The notes beneath the pieces were generated by a model. The model saw nothing but the letters and a program-made list of their open reading frames with translations, had not been told where the DNA came from and did not search any database. Of a stretch of DNA of 64,000 bases, positions 21,611 to 30,351 are shown piece by piece. The stretch spans positions 1,623 through 65,622 of the forward strand of contig CAZOZI010000001.1 in the NCBI GenBank assembly GCA_964584265.1. Reading direction: 5' to 3'. A program made the position numbers and the translations under genes. How positions within the stretch are numbered: position 1 is the stretch's first letter; every line of letters starts with the position of its first letter. The DNA comes from an uncultured Candidatus Saccharibacteria bacterium (GTDB lineage: Bacteria > Patescibacteriota > Saccharimonadia > Saccharimonadales > CAYVSP01).

Positions 21611-22737
21611 ACAATAACTTTTGCGATTGCTGGCACTAATCGTTTATCAAGTACGCTAGGGATAATACATTCTGGAGTTGGTTTTTTGACCAGGTTGGCA
21701 ATTGCCTCAGCGGCAGCTATTTTGTGTTTATCTGTAATTTTTTTGACTCCATGGTCCAAAGCTCCGCGAAAAATACCCGGAAAAGCCAGTACGTTATTAA
21801 TTTGATTAGGAAAATCACTTCGACCAGTAGCTATAATTGTGGCGCCACCTTTTTTTGCCTCATCAGGCATGATTTCTGGCGTAGGATTTGCCATTGCGAA
21901 GACTATAGAATTTTTATTCATGTTTCCGACATCTTCAGCCTTCAAAAGGTTGCCGCGCGACAAGCCTATAAAAATATCTGCTTCATGGATTGCGTCGCTG
22001 AGCTGTCCAGGCTTGATATTGTCAGTGAACTTCAATAAGAGCCTTTTCTCCTCATTCAAATCTTTACGAGACGGCACAATGATACCTTTGCTATCGACCA
22101 TTAGAATATGCGGTTTAGCATAGAGGTATAATAATTTGGCAACAGCTACACCTGCTGCCCCGGCGCCGACCAAAACGATTTTACAATCAGACAGTTTCTT
22201 GCCAGTTATTTTACTAGCGTTAAGTAAACCTGCCAGCACAACAACTGCCGTGCCATGCTGGTCATCGTGCATGACTGGTATATCCAGCTCTACCTTTAGT
22301 CTATTCTCAACTTCAAAGCACTTGGGCGCAGCTATATCTTCTAGGTTAATTGCTCCAAAACTCGGCGCAATCGCCTTCACAGTTTTAATAATCTCTTCAG
22401 TAGTATGGACGTTTAGCACGATAGGGACTGCATCAATGCCCGCAAACTCCTTGAAAATCATAGCTTTACCTTCCATGATCGGCATACCTCCGAAAGGACC
22501 AATGTCTCCAAGCCCTAATACTGCCGAGCCGTCACTCACAACCGCTAGATTGTTGTTGATCCAAGAATAAGGTTTGAGTGCTTCGCGCCCTTTAGCAGCT
22601 TCCAGTGCTACACCACCCATACCCGGCGTATAGTAAGCGCTCAACTTTTCTCTTGTATTTAACGAGTCCCGAGCTATAGTGCTGATTTTACCTTTATGTT
22701 TACGGTGTAGTCTTTTTGAAATCTCGTAGATGTCCAT
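21607..22737 (-). CDS. NAD(P)-dependent malic enzyme
   Basis: YTPG, SDGSAVLGLGDIG, MEGKA, INLEDIAAPKCF, HDDQHGTA, GAGAAG, ATGRSDFPNQINN. Confidence 0.96.
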   Translation of the reverse strand: MDIYEISKRLHRKHKGKISTIARDSLNTREKLSAYYTPGMGGVALEAAKGREALKPYSWINNNLAVVSDGSAVLGLGDIGPFGGMPIMEGKAMIFKEFAGIDAVPIVLNVHTTEEIIKTVKAIAPSFGAINLEDIAAPKCFEVENRLKVELDIPVMHDDQHGTAVVVLAGLLNASKITGKKLSDCKIVLVGAGAAGVAVAKLLYLYAKPHILMVDSKGIIVPSRKDLNEEKRLLLKFTDNIKPGQLSDAIHEADIFIGLSRGNLLKAEDVGNMNKNSIVFAMANPTPEIMPDEAKKGGATIIATGRSDFPNQINNVLAFPGIFRGALDHGVKKITDKHKIAAAEAIANLVKKPTPECIIPSVLDKRLVPAIAKVIV

Positions 22738-22822
22738 TTAGTCATACTATAGCTACCTGACAGTGTATACTAGTAGACAAATAACTTATATTAGGATATA
22801 ATAACAAACCAAGGAAACTATT

Positions 22823-23350
22823 ATGTCTTCTTTGCCTTCAAATTTACCTTCTTCACTTACAGCAGAAATTATAAACGCGAACATTGAGACAATTGATCGG
22901 TGGGAACTGCTACCTAGCGCTGACCAACTAGCAGTTTTTTCTAGAGGTGTATTTGAGAGATGGTTGCTATATGTAGCGCCGGAAATTGATGTGAAACCTT
23001 GCTACGACATGAATCAACTGGACAACATTGTAGATCGTGCTTGGGAGGGTGTACCAACACAGAATTCAGGTAGTCAACCGGCTAGTTTCTCCAGGCGTAG
23101 TTCTATCTTATATTTGCCTTGGCATGACCTAATGGAGACAAGGACGTTTGATGCCACAAGCCACCCAGAGGCGGTACACGAACATGGAGAAACGGATGAA
23201 ACGGATACTGTTCGAGGATTTCACCATATTGAACTTGTTGTGTTGCCTGATCAAGCAGTGCTGGAACAAATAAATAAGCCGGATAAATCTCTTAAAATTA
23301 CTAATAGAGGTTTGAAAAGAGCTCTAATGCTTCAGCAATGGCGTCGCTAG
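22823..23350 (+). CDS. Hypothetical protein
   Basis: 175-aa ORF with SD AAGGA and an upstream TAGACA-N17-TATAAT. Confidence 0.65.
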   Translation: MSSLPSNLPSSLTAEIINANIETIDRWELLPSADQLAVFSRGVFERWLLYVAPEIDVKPCYDMNQLDNIVDRAWEGVPTQNSGSQPASFSRRSSILYLPWHDLMETRTFDATSHPEAVHEHGETDETDTVRGFHHIELVVLPDQAVLEQINKPDKSLKITNRGLKRALMLQQWRR

Positions 23351-23379
23351 TTGCAAATAACAGAGATGTAGTGTAAAAT
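23351..23379 (+). promoter_or_regulatory. Sigma70-type promoter of rplS
   Basis: TTGCAA-N17-TAAAAT, ending 9 nt before the ATG. Confidence 0.6.
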
Positions 23380-23388
23380 CGACGGGTT

Positions 23389-23934
23389 ATGCAAGGTGTT
23401 ATTAAAGAAATTGAGCAGAGCTTTAAAAAAAAGCAAGTTGTTGATGTAAAGTCAGGCGACAGTGTTAAAGTGCACCAGAAAATCCGTGAAGGCAATAAAG
23501 AGCGTGTTCAGATTTTCGAAGGACTTGTTATTCGTACCGATCGCAAAGACTCACACACAAGCCGAATTACGGTTCGTCGAATTGCTAGTGGTATTGGTGT
23601 CGAGAAAAGCTTTTTACTTCATAGCCCACTTATACTTAAGGTCGAAGTTGTTAAGCGGAGCAAAGTTCGTCGTAACTATCTGACCTATATGCGAGCTCGA
23701 ACGGGTAAAGCCACCCGCTTAATCGGCAGCGAATTTGATAAGGAAGCCGTCAATGCCATCCACGATGAAGCTGCTGAAGCTGAGGAAGAAAAATTGAAGG
23801 AAGAAGTTGCTAAACAGGCTGAGGCTGACGCTGAAAAGAAGGCAGAAGAGGAAGCTAAGCTTGAAGCCAAGGCTGACGCTGCTATTCAAGCGCATGATCA
23901 GGTCGTTCCAGAACCCAAAGATAACGAAGAATAA
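23389..23934 (+). CDS. rplS: 50S ribosomal protein L19 with an acidic Ala/Glu/Lys-rich C-terminal extension
   Basis: GDSVKVH.KI.EG.KERVQIFEG, TVRRIASGIGVEK, KVRR..L.YMR. Confidence 0.97.
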   Translation: MQGVIKEIEQSFKKKQVVDVKSGDSVKVHQKIREGNKERVQIFEGLVIRTDRKDSHTSRITVRRIASGIGVEKSFLLHSPLILKVEVVKRSKVRRNYLTYMRARTGKATRLIGSEFDKEAVNAIHDEAAEAEEEKLKEEVAKQAEADAEKKAEEEAKLEAKADAAIQAHDQVVPEPKDNEE

Positions 23935-23952
23935 AAGCGTCAGATTATTTGT

Positions 23953-23979
23953 AAAAACCACCTAAAGCGGTGGTTTTTT
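23953..23979 (+). terminator. Intrinsic terminator after rplS, potentially bidirectional
   Basis: AAAAACCACC-TAAAGC-GGTGGTTTTTT. Confidence 0.85.
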
Positions 23980-23995
23980 GATAGTATAGAAATAT

Positions 23996-24559
23996 ATGAG
24001 GGTTTTGGTTGGCGTTGATGAAGTCGGCAGAGGCAGTTGGGCAGGTCCGTTGTTAGTGGTGGCAGCCAAAGCCATAACTGTACTACCTAACGGTCTGAAA
24101 GACTCAAAAACACTGACAAAAAAGAAAAGAGAATCTTTAGTGGAGGCATTAACCACCAGCTGTCAGTTTGGTGAGGGGTGGGTTCAACCAGAAGAAATTG
24201 ATGCCCATGGGCTGTCTAAATCGCTACGCATTGGCGTACAACGCGCCTTACTTGCTTTAGGCACAGGATTAATGGATGAGATTATCCTCGATGGTAATGT
24301 CAATTATTGCCCACCGGAGTTTACTAACGCACGTTGTGAAATCAAAGCTGATAGTTTATACCCTATTGTTAGTGCAGCTAGCATTTACGCTAAAGTTTTA
24401 CGCGATCAGCATATGGTGCGCTTAGCTCGGTTCCATCCATATTATGGTTTTGAACAACACGTCGGTTATGGCACCGCACAACATAGAAGTAGCTTGAAGA
24501 TCCATGGTGTTAGTAAAGTTCACCGCAAGAGCTATAAACCGGTACAAGCTTACATATGA
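23996..24559 (+). CDS. rnhB: Ribonuclease HII
   Basis: GVDEVGRG.WAGP, DSK, LDG, KAD, SAASIYAKV.RD, GYGT..H, HRKSY. Confidence 0.96.
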   Translation: MRVLVGVDEVGRGSWAGPLLVVAAKAITVLPNGLKDSKTLTKKKRESLVEALTTSCQFGEGWVQPEEIDAHGLSKSLRIGVQRALLALGTGLMDEIILDGNVNYCPPEFTNARCEIKADSLYPIVSAASIYAKVLRDQHMVRLARFHPYYGFEQHVGYGTAQHRSSLKIHGVSKVHRKSYKPVQAYI

Positions 24560-24903
24560 TCACATCGTATAAAACAGGCCACATAGCCGAGTCAAAAGCT
24601 GCCGAATACTTGAAGAGTCAGGGCTATAAAGTTTTGACTACTAATTGGAAGACGCGACACTGCGAAATTGATATTGTTGCCCAAAAGGATGCAATTATTC
24701 ATTTTGTAGAAGTTAAGTACCGTGTTCGTAACAATCAGGGGAGCGGTTTAGAGTATATTACGCGAACCAAGCTCAAACAGATGCGGCTCGCTGCCGAGAT
24801 GTGGGTAAAAGAAAACAATTGGCGACTAGATTACTGCTTAAGTGCTATTGAGCTGAGTGGTACAGATTTTAGGGTTACCAACTTTCTGCCGAACTGTACA
24901 TAG
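24556..24903 (+). CDS. YraN-family (UPF0102) putative endonuclease
   Basis: G..AE..AA.YL...GY, EIDIVA, FVEVK.R. Usual rplS-rnhB-yraN order. Confidence 0.92.
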   Translation: MITSYKTGHIAESKAAEYLKSQGYKVLTTNWKTRHCEIDIVAQKDAIIHFVEVKYRVRNNQGSGLEYITRTKLKQMRLAAEMWVKENNWRLDYCLSAIELSGTDFRVTNFLPNCT

Positions 24904-24992
24904 TTTTTCAGTCACGCGTTGCATAGATAACCGATAATAAGCAAACCTTGCAAAAGGTGTTATAGTAGAAATATAGAGAGTAGATAAAGATT

Positions 24993-25658
24993 ATGAGCGT
25001 ACCAAACGCAATCCATACTATTAATCAAGAACCATCATCTGGTTGGTCCAGCTGGCATCATGGCATGACAGGTTTCCAGGAAGTCGGATTGATAGGAATA
25101 CCCGATGAGCTAGATGGCTTTGAAGGCTACTACAACAAGCTTGACCCAAGAATTACGAACCCCTCTGACTACACTTTTGCAGAACTACGAGATGTGTTAG
25201 CAGGCGTAGAACCCGTTGAAATAAACCGTGATGCGGCATTACGGATGAGAGACAGATTTGATTCCACATGGCCACTAAGGACAGTTGTGCGCCAGTGGGC
25301 AACCGTCAGGTTCAGTGAAGGCGCCTTACGACGAAACGACAACGGAGAGGTAGTAGGCTCATTCGCGACTAATAAAGACAAACCGGTGACTAAGCAGACG
25401 CTCTACACTGTTAGGTTGTCACACATGGGCCGGGTGTCGTTGGGAAAGAGGTATGCAACGCCTCTGAAAGCCACAGCCAATAGGCGTGAAATTGGGCGAC
25501 AGTACGTACTTGATAGATTTTTACCCGTACCTATAGCTCGCGTCTTCTACAGTGATGGTAACCATGAAACACGCCTACCCATTCAAGATTCGTATGCTAC
25601 AGTTGCGAATCATCTCTCTAGTCTGTTCAAGCTTCTTGAGGCTGAGACTGCTGCTTAA
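24993..25658 (+). CDS. Hypothetical protein
   Basis: 221-aa ORF overlapping the pepN 3' end convergently by 32 nt. Confidence 0.6.
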   Translation: MSVPNAIHTINQEPSSGWSSWHHGMTGFQEVGLIGIPDELDGFEGYYNKLDPRITNPSDYTFAELRDVLAGVEPVEINRDAALRMRDRFDSTWPLRTVVRQWATVRFSEGALRRNDNGEVVGSFATNKDKPVTKQTLYTVRLSHMGRVSLGKRYATPLKATANRREIGRQYVLDRFLPVPIARVFYSDGNHETRLPIQDSYATVANHLSSLFKLLEAETAA

Positions 25659-28263
25659 AGAAAGCCTTGATGGCTTTTCGGTCGCGTTCCTTCCAGGCTG
25701 ATTGCCACTCGACTATCTCAATACCTTGCTTAATCGAACGGTCTAAGGCTGGTGAATGTACGGAATGGAAAAAAGTCTTAAAGCTTGCCAAGAATTTCTT
25801 ATCGCTGAAAGAGCGTGCAGCATAAATAGGCATGCGATAAAAGCTTAGGTCTGTACCGAGATTTTCAACCATCCAAGGCCAATTCTTTATCAACCACAGC
25901 CAAGTGCGTCGTTTAGCGTGACGGTTCAAAAAGCTATACGCCACCCAATATGCCACATCTTGGCGCCTCACGTCATCTGAGGTAATCATAGCCAGCGCTT
26001 GGTCAATAAGCTTAGGCTGTTTAAAACCAGTTATAGCAGCGCTTAGCGTAACACGTTCTTCACCTAGCGTAGAGGTATTATGCAGCTTCACTAATCTGGC
26101 AAAGGTTTTGGCGTTGCCGGTTCGTGCAACCGTGCCAAAAACAACACCGCGTAAATCCGGGTCTATACCTGTTCCTCTTACTAAAACACCTCTGTTGGTG
26201 CCGCTACGTAGATCTGGCGGAATATCCTTAGCATGCTTAATTTTAGCAAATAGCTGCTGGCATCGCTTTACAACCGCTGGTTCGTCAGCACTGGCTGCCA
26301 GGCCCAATATAATAGGCCTCAGTAGTGTGTCAAAATGAGATTCATTTTTCTTTCTTGTCCATCCAAGGCGCTTGAGCTGAGGTGCAACCAAATGGCGGAT
26401 GTAGGGCTTCATGTTTTCACGCACCTCTTCGTCATCCATAGCCAGGCGGATTGAGCCTATTAGGGAAGTAATGATATCCCACACGGCGTAATTATCTTCA
26501 CTGCGGTATGATTCCAGCAGATGTAAGACACTGATTGTATCAATGTAACCAGCCTTAGCAGCTTCGGTTGCGTCAGCTAATATGCCTAGACGATCTAGTG
26601 GCGAAAATTTGCCTTCACGAATCTTTTCGCCAAGTTTCTGCAGATAGCTCGCGTTGTAGGTGGTACGGTAAAAGCCACCCTGAGCACGATTAAATTTAAA
26701 CCCCGCAATCGAGCGTGGTGTATATACGCTTGCAGCGTCCAACAGTGTTTCGGGCATATCTTCATTCTCGCTCAGCAAAGGTATTGACCAAGTCTGGCTA
26801 TGGGTAAGGGCTGAAGTCGTCTTTCTGTTTGTAAAAAAGCGTTGTTGGTTAACTTTTATCTCACGTGTTTCAACTTGTACGTCAAGGAGCGGGAAACCAC
26901 CTTGGCTTGTCCAGTCGTTCATAAAGCGACGCACTGGCCTTTTTGAGGCTTCTTCAAGTGCACTCCATAAATCTGTGGTATCGGCGTTCGCATATTCGTG
27001 TTGTTTTAAGTAATAGCGCAAACCTGTTTGGAAGGCTTTAGGTCCAAGGTAGTTATGGAGCATATGTATAACGCTGGCCCCTTTGTTGTAACTAATGGCG
27101 TCGAAAATTGTGCGTATCTCATCGGGGTGGTTAACAACAGCTTCAATCGGATGTGTGTTCTCAAGCGCATCTAATTTTAGGGCTTGTTGCTGTTCATCGA
27201 CAATAAATTGTGTCCACATTTGCCAATAGGGGAACAACTTATCTACGGCCAGATACTCAATCCAGCTGGCAAAGCCTTCATTAAGCCATAAGTCTGTCCA
27301 CCAGCGCATGGTCACTAAATTCCCGAACCATTGATGGGCCAGTTCATGTGCTACCACTAGAGCCACGTATTGTTTGTTTGCCAATGTTGAGTTTTTTGGG
27401 TCGACTAACATGGTTTGTTCGCGAAAGGTAATACAGCCCCAGTTTTCCATTGCGCCAGACGCAAAATCTGGCAAGGCAATCAGATCACACTTATCAAGAG
27501 GATAGGCAATACCGAAGTAATCGTTATAAAACTCTAAGCACTTAACAGCGACATCAAGCGCAAAATCAGTCAGAGCAACGTTTTGCTTGGTAGCATATGC
27601 CCTGACCTCAACACCATCTTTTGTTTTTTGCCTTATATACTCCATCTCGCCGAAGACAAAGGCCAGTAAGTACGTGCTCATTTTGGGTGTCTTTTCAAAG
27701 ATTGTTTGTAGGCGTTTCTTGTCATCAAGAGCTTGTTTTTTTACTGGTGTATTGGATAGAACTGTCTGATTCTGTGGAGTACTGAGTGTCAGCTCAAAAG
27801 TTGCTTTGGCCTCTGGCTCATCAATGCAAGGGAAAACTTCGCGGGCATGATGGCTCTCAAACTGAGTGGCAATAAGCTTCTTATCTTTACCATTTTCCTT
27901 AAAGAAACAAGGGTACATGCCGTTCATTTGGCGAGTAATTTTGCCTTTAAAGTGCAGAGTGATGGTATAACGACCAGGATATAGTGTGGTTTTAGCATGT
28001 AAGCGCACTTCGTCGAATGAGCTATGGTGATTGATCCGGTCAATTGTAACTGATCGGTCACCAGTTTTTTCGTGATATGTAACGCTACTCTGCGTAATTT
28101 TAAGATCGTGCTGGTGAAGCGTAAGCCTCTTGCTTGGTTTGCCGACTTTTTTGCCACTAATAACTACACTGCCTACAAATTCCATCGCATCAGAATCAAT
28201 ATCTAAATTGAGACTGTAATGTTCTGGCACAAATTGAGCAAATAGACGCACAACTTTTTTCAT
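25627..28263 (-). CDS. pepN: M1-family aminopeptidase (ERAP1-like C-terminal domain)
   Basis: ATQFE, FPCIDEP, GAMENWG, HELAH-x18-E (WLNEGFA), YNKG. Confidence 0.95.
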   Translation of the reverse strand: MKKVVRLFAQFVPEHYSLNLDIDSDAMEFVGSVVISGKKVGKPSKRLTLHQHDLKITQSSVTYHEKTGDRSVTIDRINHHSSFDEVRLHAKTTLYPGRYTITLHFKGKITRQMNGMYPCFFKENGKDKKLIATQFESHHAREVFPCIDEPEAKATFELTLSTPQNQTVLSNTPVKKQALDDKKRLQTIFEKTPKMSTYLLAFVFGEMEYIRQKTKDGVEVRAYATKQNVALTDFALDVAVKCLEFYNDYFGIAYPLDKCDLIALPDFASGAMENWGCITFREQTMLVDPKNSTLANKQYVALVVAHELAHQWFGNLVTMRWWTDLWLNEGFASWIEYLAVDKLFPYWQMWTQFIVDEQQQALKLDALENTHPIEAVVNHPDEIRTIFDAISYNKGASVIHMLHNYLGPKAFQTGLRYYLKQHEYANADTTDLWSALEEASKRPVRRFMNDWTSQGGFPLLDVQVETREIKVNQQRFFTNRKTTSALTHSQTWSIPLLSENEDMPETLLDAASVYTPRSIAGFKFNRAQGGFYRTTYNASYLQKLGEKIREGKFSPLDRLGILADATEAAKAGYIDTISVLHLLESYRSEDNYAVWDIITSLIGSIRLAMDDEEVRENMKPYIRHLVAPQLKRLGWTRKKNESHFDTLLRPIILGLAASADEPAVVKRCQQLFAKIKHAKDIPPDLRSGTNRGVLVRGTGIDPDLRGVVFGTVARTGNAKTFARLVKLHNTSTLGEERVTLSAAITGFKQPKLIDQALAMITSDDVRRQDVAYWVAYSFLNRHAKRRTWLWLIKNWPWMVENLGTDLSFYRMPIYAARSFSDKKFLASFKTFFHSVHSPALDRSIKQGIEIVEWQSAWKERDRKAIKAFFKQQSQPQEA

Positions 28264-28303
28264 CTTAGCTATATCTTAACAAATTAGGTTACGACAGGCC
28301 GAA

Positions 28304-28332
28304 TTGACTTTTACAACACTGCTAGTTATTAT
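28304..28332 (+). promoter_or_regulatory. Sigma70 promoter of nusA
   Basis: TTGACT-N17-TATTAT. Confidence 0.7.
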
Positions 28333-28342
28333 GTATTTGTTA

Positions 28343-28368
28343 GATCCGGCCAGCAGGTCGGATTTTTT
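28343..28368 (+). terminator. Terminator-like hairpin in the nusA leader (possible autoregulatory attenuator)
   Basis: ATCCGGCC-AGCA-GGTCGGAT followed by a T-tract, about 10 nt after the -10 box. Confidence 0.65.
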
Positions 28369-28388
28369 CATGCCTAAGTGATTAATAA

Positions 28389-28559
28389 TTAATCCTTGCG
28401 TGTGTGGATGCAGCGCAAGGAAGCAGTGAGCAACGCAATAAGACGTACACAGAGTACGTTGAATGAGTAGCGCAATTGGTGACGCAGCGATGCGCCACAA
28501 GCATGAGCAGAGCTTGTTACTCTGCGACAAGGCAGGCTCATGCGACACGAAAGGATTAA
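28389..28559 (+). repeat. 171-nt structured element, copy A, in the nusA 5' UTR
   Basis: Terminal inverted repeat TTAATCCTTGCGTGT / ACACGAAAGGATTAA, internal hairpins, gap-free homology to the reverse complement of 39604-39774. Confidence 0.85.
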
Positions 28560-28560
28560 A

Positions 28561-29718
28561 GTGGATTTGGATATTAAGCAATTAGCCTTGGCGGTCAAAA
28601 CCATAGCCGAGGAGAAAAATTTACCCGAAGAAACAGTGCAAGAAGTTGTCGAGCAAGCCTTGGCGGCGGCTTATCGACGTGATTACGGTGAACGTGAGCA
28701 GGAAGTCCGCGTTCAGATGAACCTTAACACCGGTGATGTCACTGCATTTGTCACTAAAGAAGTGCTTGAGGACGTTCACGATCCGCACTTTGAGATTAGT
28801 GTCAAAGATGCTCAAGTTATGAAAAAGAATGCTAAGGTTGGGGATACCATTGAAGTTACTGAAAAGATTGAAAATTTTGGACGCGTTGCTGCCCAAACCG
28901 CTAAACAAGTAATCTTGCAACGACTTCGTGAAGCTGAACGTGAAATTATTATGAGCGAGTATGAAGACAAGATTGGCACGGTTATTAATGGCATCGTGTC
29001 ACGGGTCGAAGGACGTTTGGTGCGGGTTGATCTTGGTAAAGCCCAAGGCATTATGCCCGGCAGTGAGCAAATTCAAACCGAACGCTACTATCCAGGACAG
29101 CGCCTAAAAGTCTTTTTAAAAGATGTTGAGCGTGGCTTTCGTGGACCACAGTTGATCGTGTCTCGAGGCTGTCCGGAGTTTGTCGAATGGCTGTTCCGCG
29201 GTGAAGTGCCGGAAATGGAAAATGGTGCTGTTGAAATTAAGGACATCGCCCGCGAAGCTGGCGTACGCACCAAACTGGCTGTTAGTAGTACTGTGCAAGG
29301 CGTTGACCCGGTTGGTACATTTGTTGGTGGTCATGGCACGCGTGTAAATGCGGTGATGAGCGAAATTGGCGAGCAGGAAAAAATTGATATTGTAGTTTGG
29401 GATGAAAACTCAATTACATATATAACTAATGCGCTAAGCCCTACTAAAGTCAGCGAAGTAAAGATGGATGAAAAAAATAAAAAGGCTGTCGTGATTGTGC
29501 CTGAAGACCAACTCAGTATTGCGATCGGCAAAAACGGCCAAAATGTTCGTCTAGCTAGCAAGCTAACTGGTTATGATTTGGATATTACGGCTGAAACTGA
29601 GAAAGCAACTGTCAAAGTAGAACCAAAATCTGAAACTAAACCAAAGACACCAAAGCTTAAGAAGAAAGAGCAACTAGAAAGCAGTCTACTCGAAGCGATT
29701 GAGGAGCACGGCGAGTAG
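28561..29718 (+). CDS. nusA: Transcription termination/antitermination factor NusA
   Basis: FGRVAAQTAKQVILQRLREAERE, S1 and KH domains, AREAG.RTK.AV, QLSIAIGKNGQNVRLASKLTG. GTG at 28561 after SD AAAGGA. Confidence 0.97.
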   Translation: MDLDIKQLALAVKTIAEEKNLPEETVQEVVEQALAAAYRRDYGEREQEVRVQMNLNTGDVTAFVTKEVLEDVHDPHFEISVKDAQVMKKNAKVGDTIEVTEKIENFGRVAAQTAKQVILQRLREAEREIIMSEYEDKIGTVINGIVSRVEGRLVRVDLGKAQGIMPGSEQIQTERYYPGQRLKVFLKDVERGFRGPQLIVSRGCPEFVEWLFRGEVPEMENGAVEIKDIAREAGVRTKLAVSSTVQGVDPVGTFVGGHGTRVNAVMSEIGEQEKIDIVVWDENSITYITNALSPTKVSEVKMDEKNKKAVVIVPEDQLSIAIGKNGQNVRLASKLTGYDLDITAETEKATVKVEPKSETKPKTPKLKKKEQLESSLLEAIEEHGE

Positions 29719-29747
29719 TCAAATTATCCCAAGGGATTTTTACTGAC

Positions 29748-30254
29748 ATGAGCAACGATTCAACATTCCCTTTAGGAAACGATCTATTGCACATGGGTTT
29801 CTTTACCGTAGAACTAAGCAATGGTTCAACCTTTGATCCTCTTCACTATTTGGTTGCTGCACGAGAACATGAGTCTCTTGTAATCGATGGCATAGAGCGC
29901 TCCTGGGAAGACATATATAAGTCGGATTTGGCGCTTTTAGCGTATGATCTTATTTCGATTGGGAAGAAAGTAACGGATGATCCAAGTTTACGAGATGCAA
30001 TCTTTATGTCTGTTCTACGGATTGCCGAAACTTTGCCGCCAGCTTATACGGAAGGCGGTCAGGACGCTTATGGCAGCTCAAATGGGCTTTTTTCATCAGT
30101 ATTTTGGGTATTTTTTGAATCTGGCGATTATGAAAAAATGAAAAGTGTTTATGGGCAATGTAAGGACATTGTATCCGGAGAAGCACAGCACTACATGGAG
30201 CAAGCAGTAAAGGATCCCGAAGAATATAAAAAACGGCTTGATAACACAGAGTAG
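29748..30254 (+). CDS. Hypothetical protein
   Basis: 168-aa ORF between nusA and clpC, SD-like AAGGGA. Confidence 0.6.
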   Translation: MSNDSTFPLGNDLLHMGFFTVELSNGSTFDPLHYLVAAREHESLVIDGIERSWEDIYKSDLALLAYDLISIGKKVTDDPSLRDAIFMSVLRIAETLPPAYTEGGQDAYGSSNGLFSSVFWVFFESGDYEKMKSVYGQCKDIVSGEAQHYMEQAVKDPEEYKKRLDNTE

Positions 30255-30264
30255 ATAGATAAAA

Positions 30265-30291
30265 TTAGCACTCTTGACCCATGAGTGCTAG
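30265..30291 (+). promoter_or_regulatory. CIRCE (HrcA operator) overlapping the clpC promoter
   Basis: TTAGCACTC-N9-GAGTGCTAG, one mismatch to consensus. TTGACC at 30274 and TATAAT at 30296. Confidence 0.9.
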
Positions 30292-30351
30292 TTGGTATAA
30301 TAGGATTAGCGAAATATAGAATATTCGCCGAAGGGTAGGAAAATACATTTT

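Noticed and set aside
28389-28559. T-box, known riboswitch, SRP, tmRNA or RNase P identity for the 171-nt element
   Set aside because: I saw no T-box sequence or other recognisable consensus, and the second copy is downstream of and antisense to tyrS. An Rfam scan is still needed.
28276-28604. Minus-strand ORFs of 101 and 71 aa, and the nusA start at 28540
   Set aside because: They overlap the nusA promoter and structured element. ATG 28540 lies inside the hairpin, while GTG 28561 has the SD.
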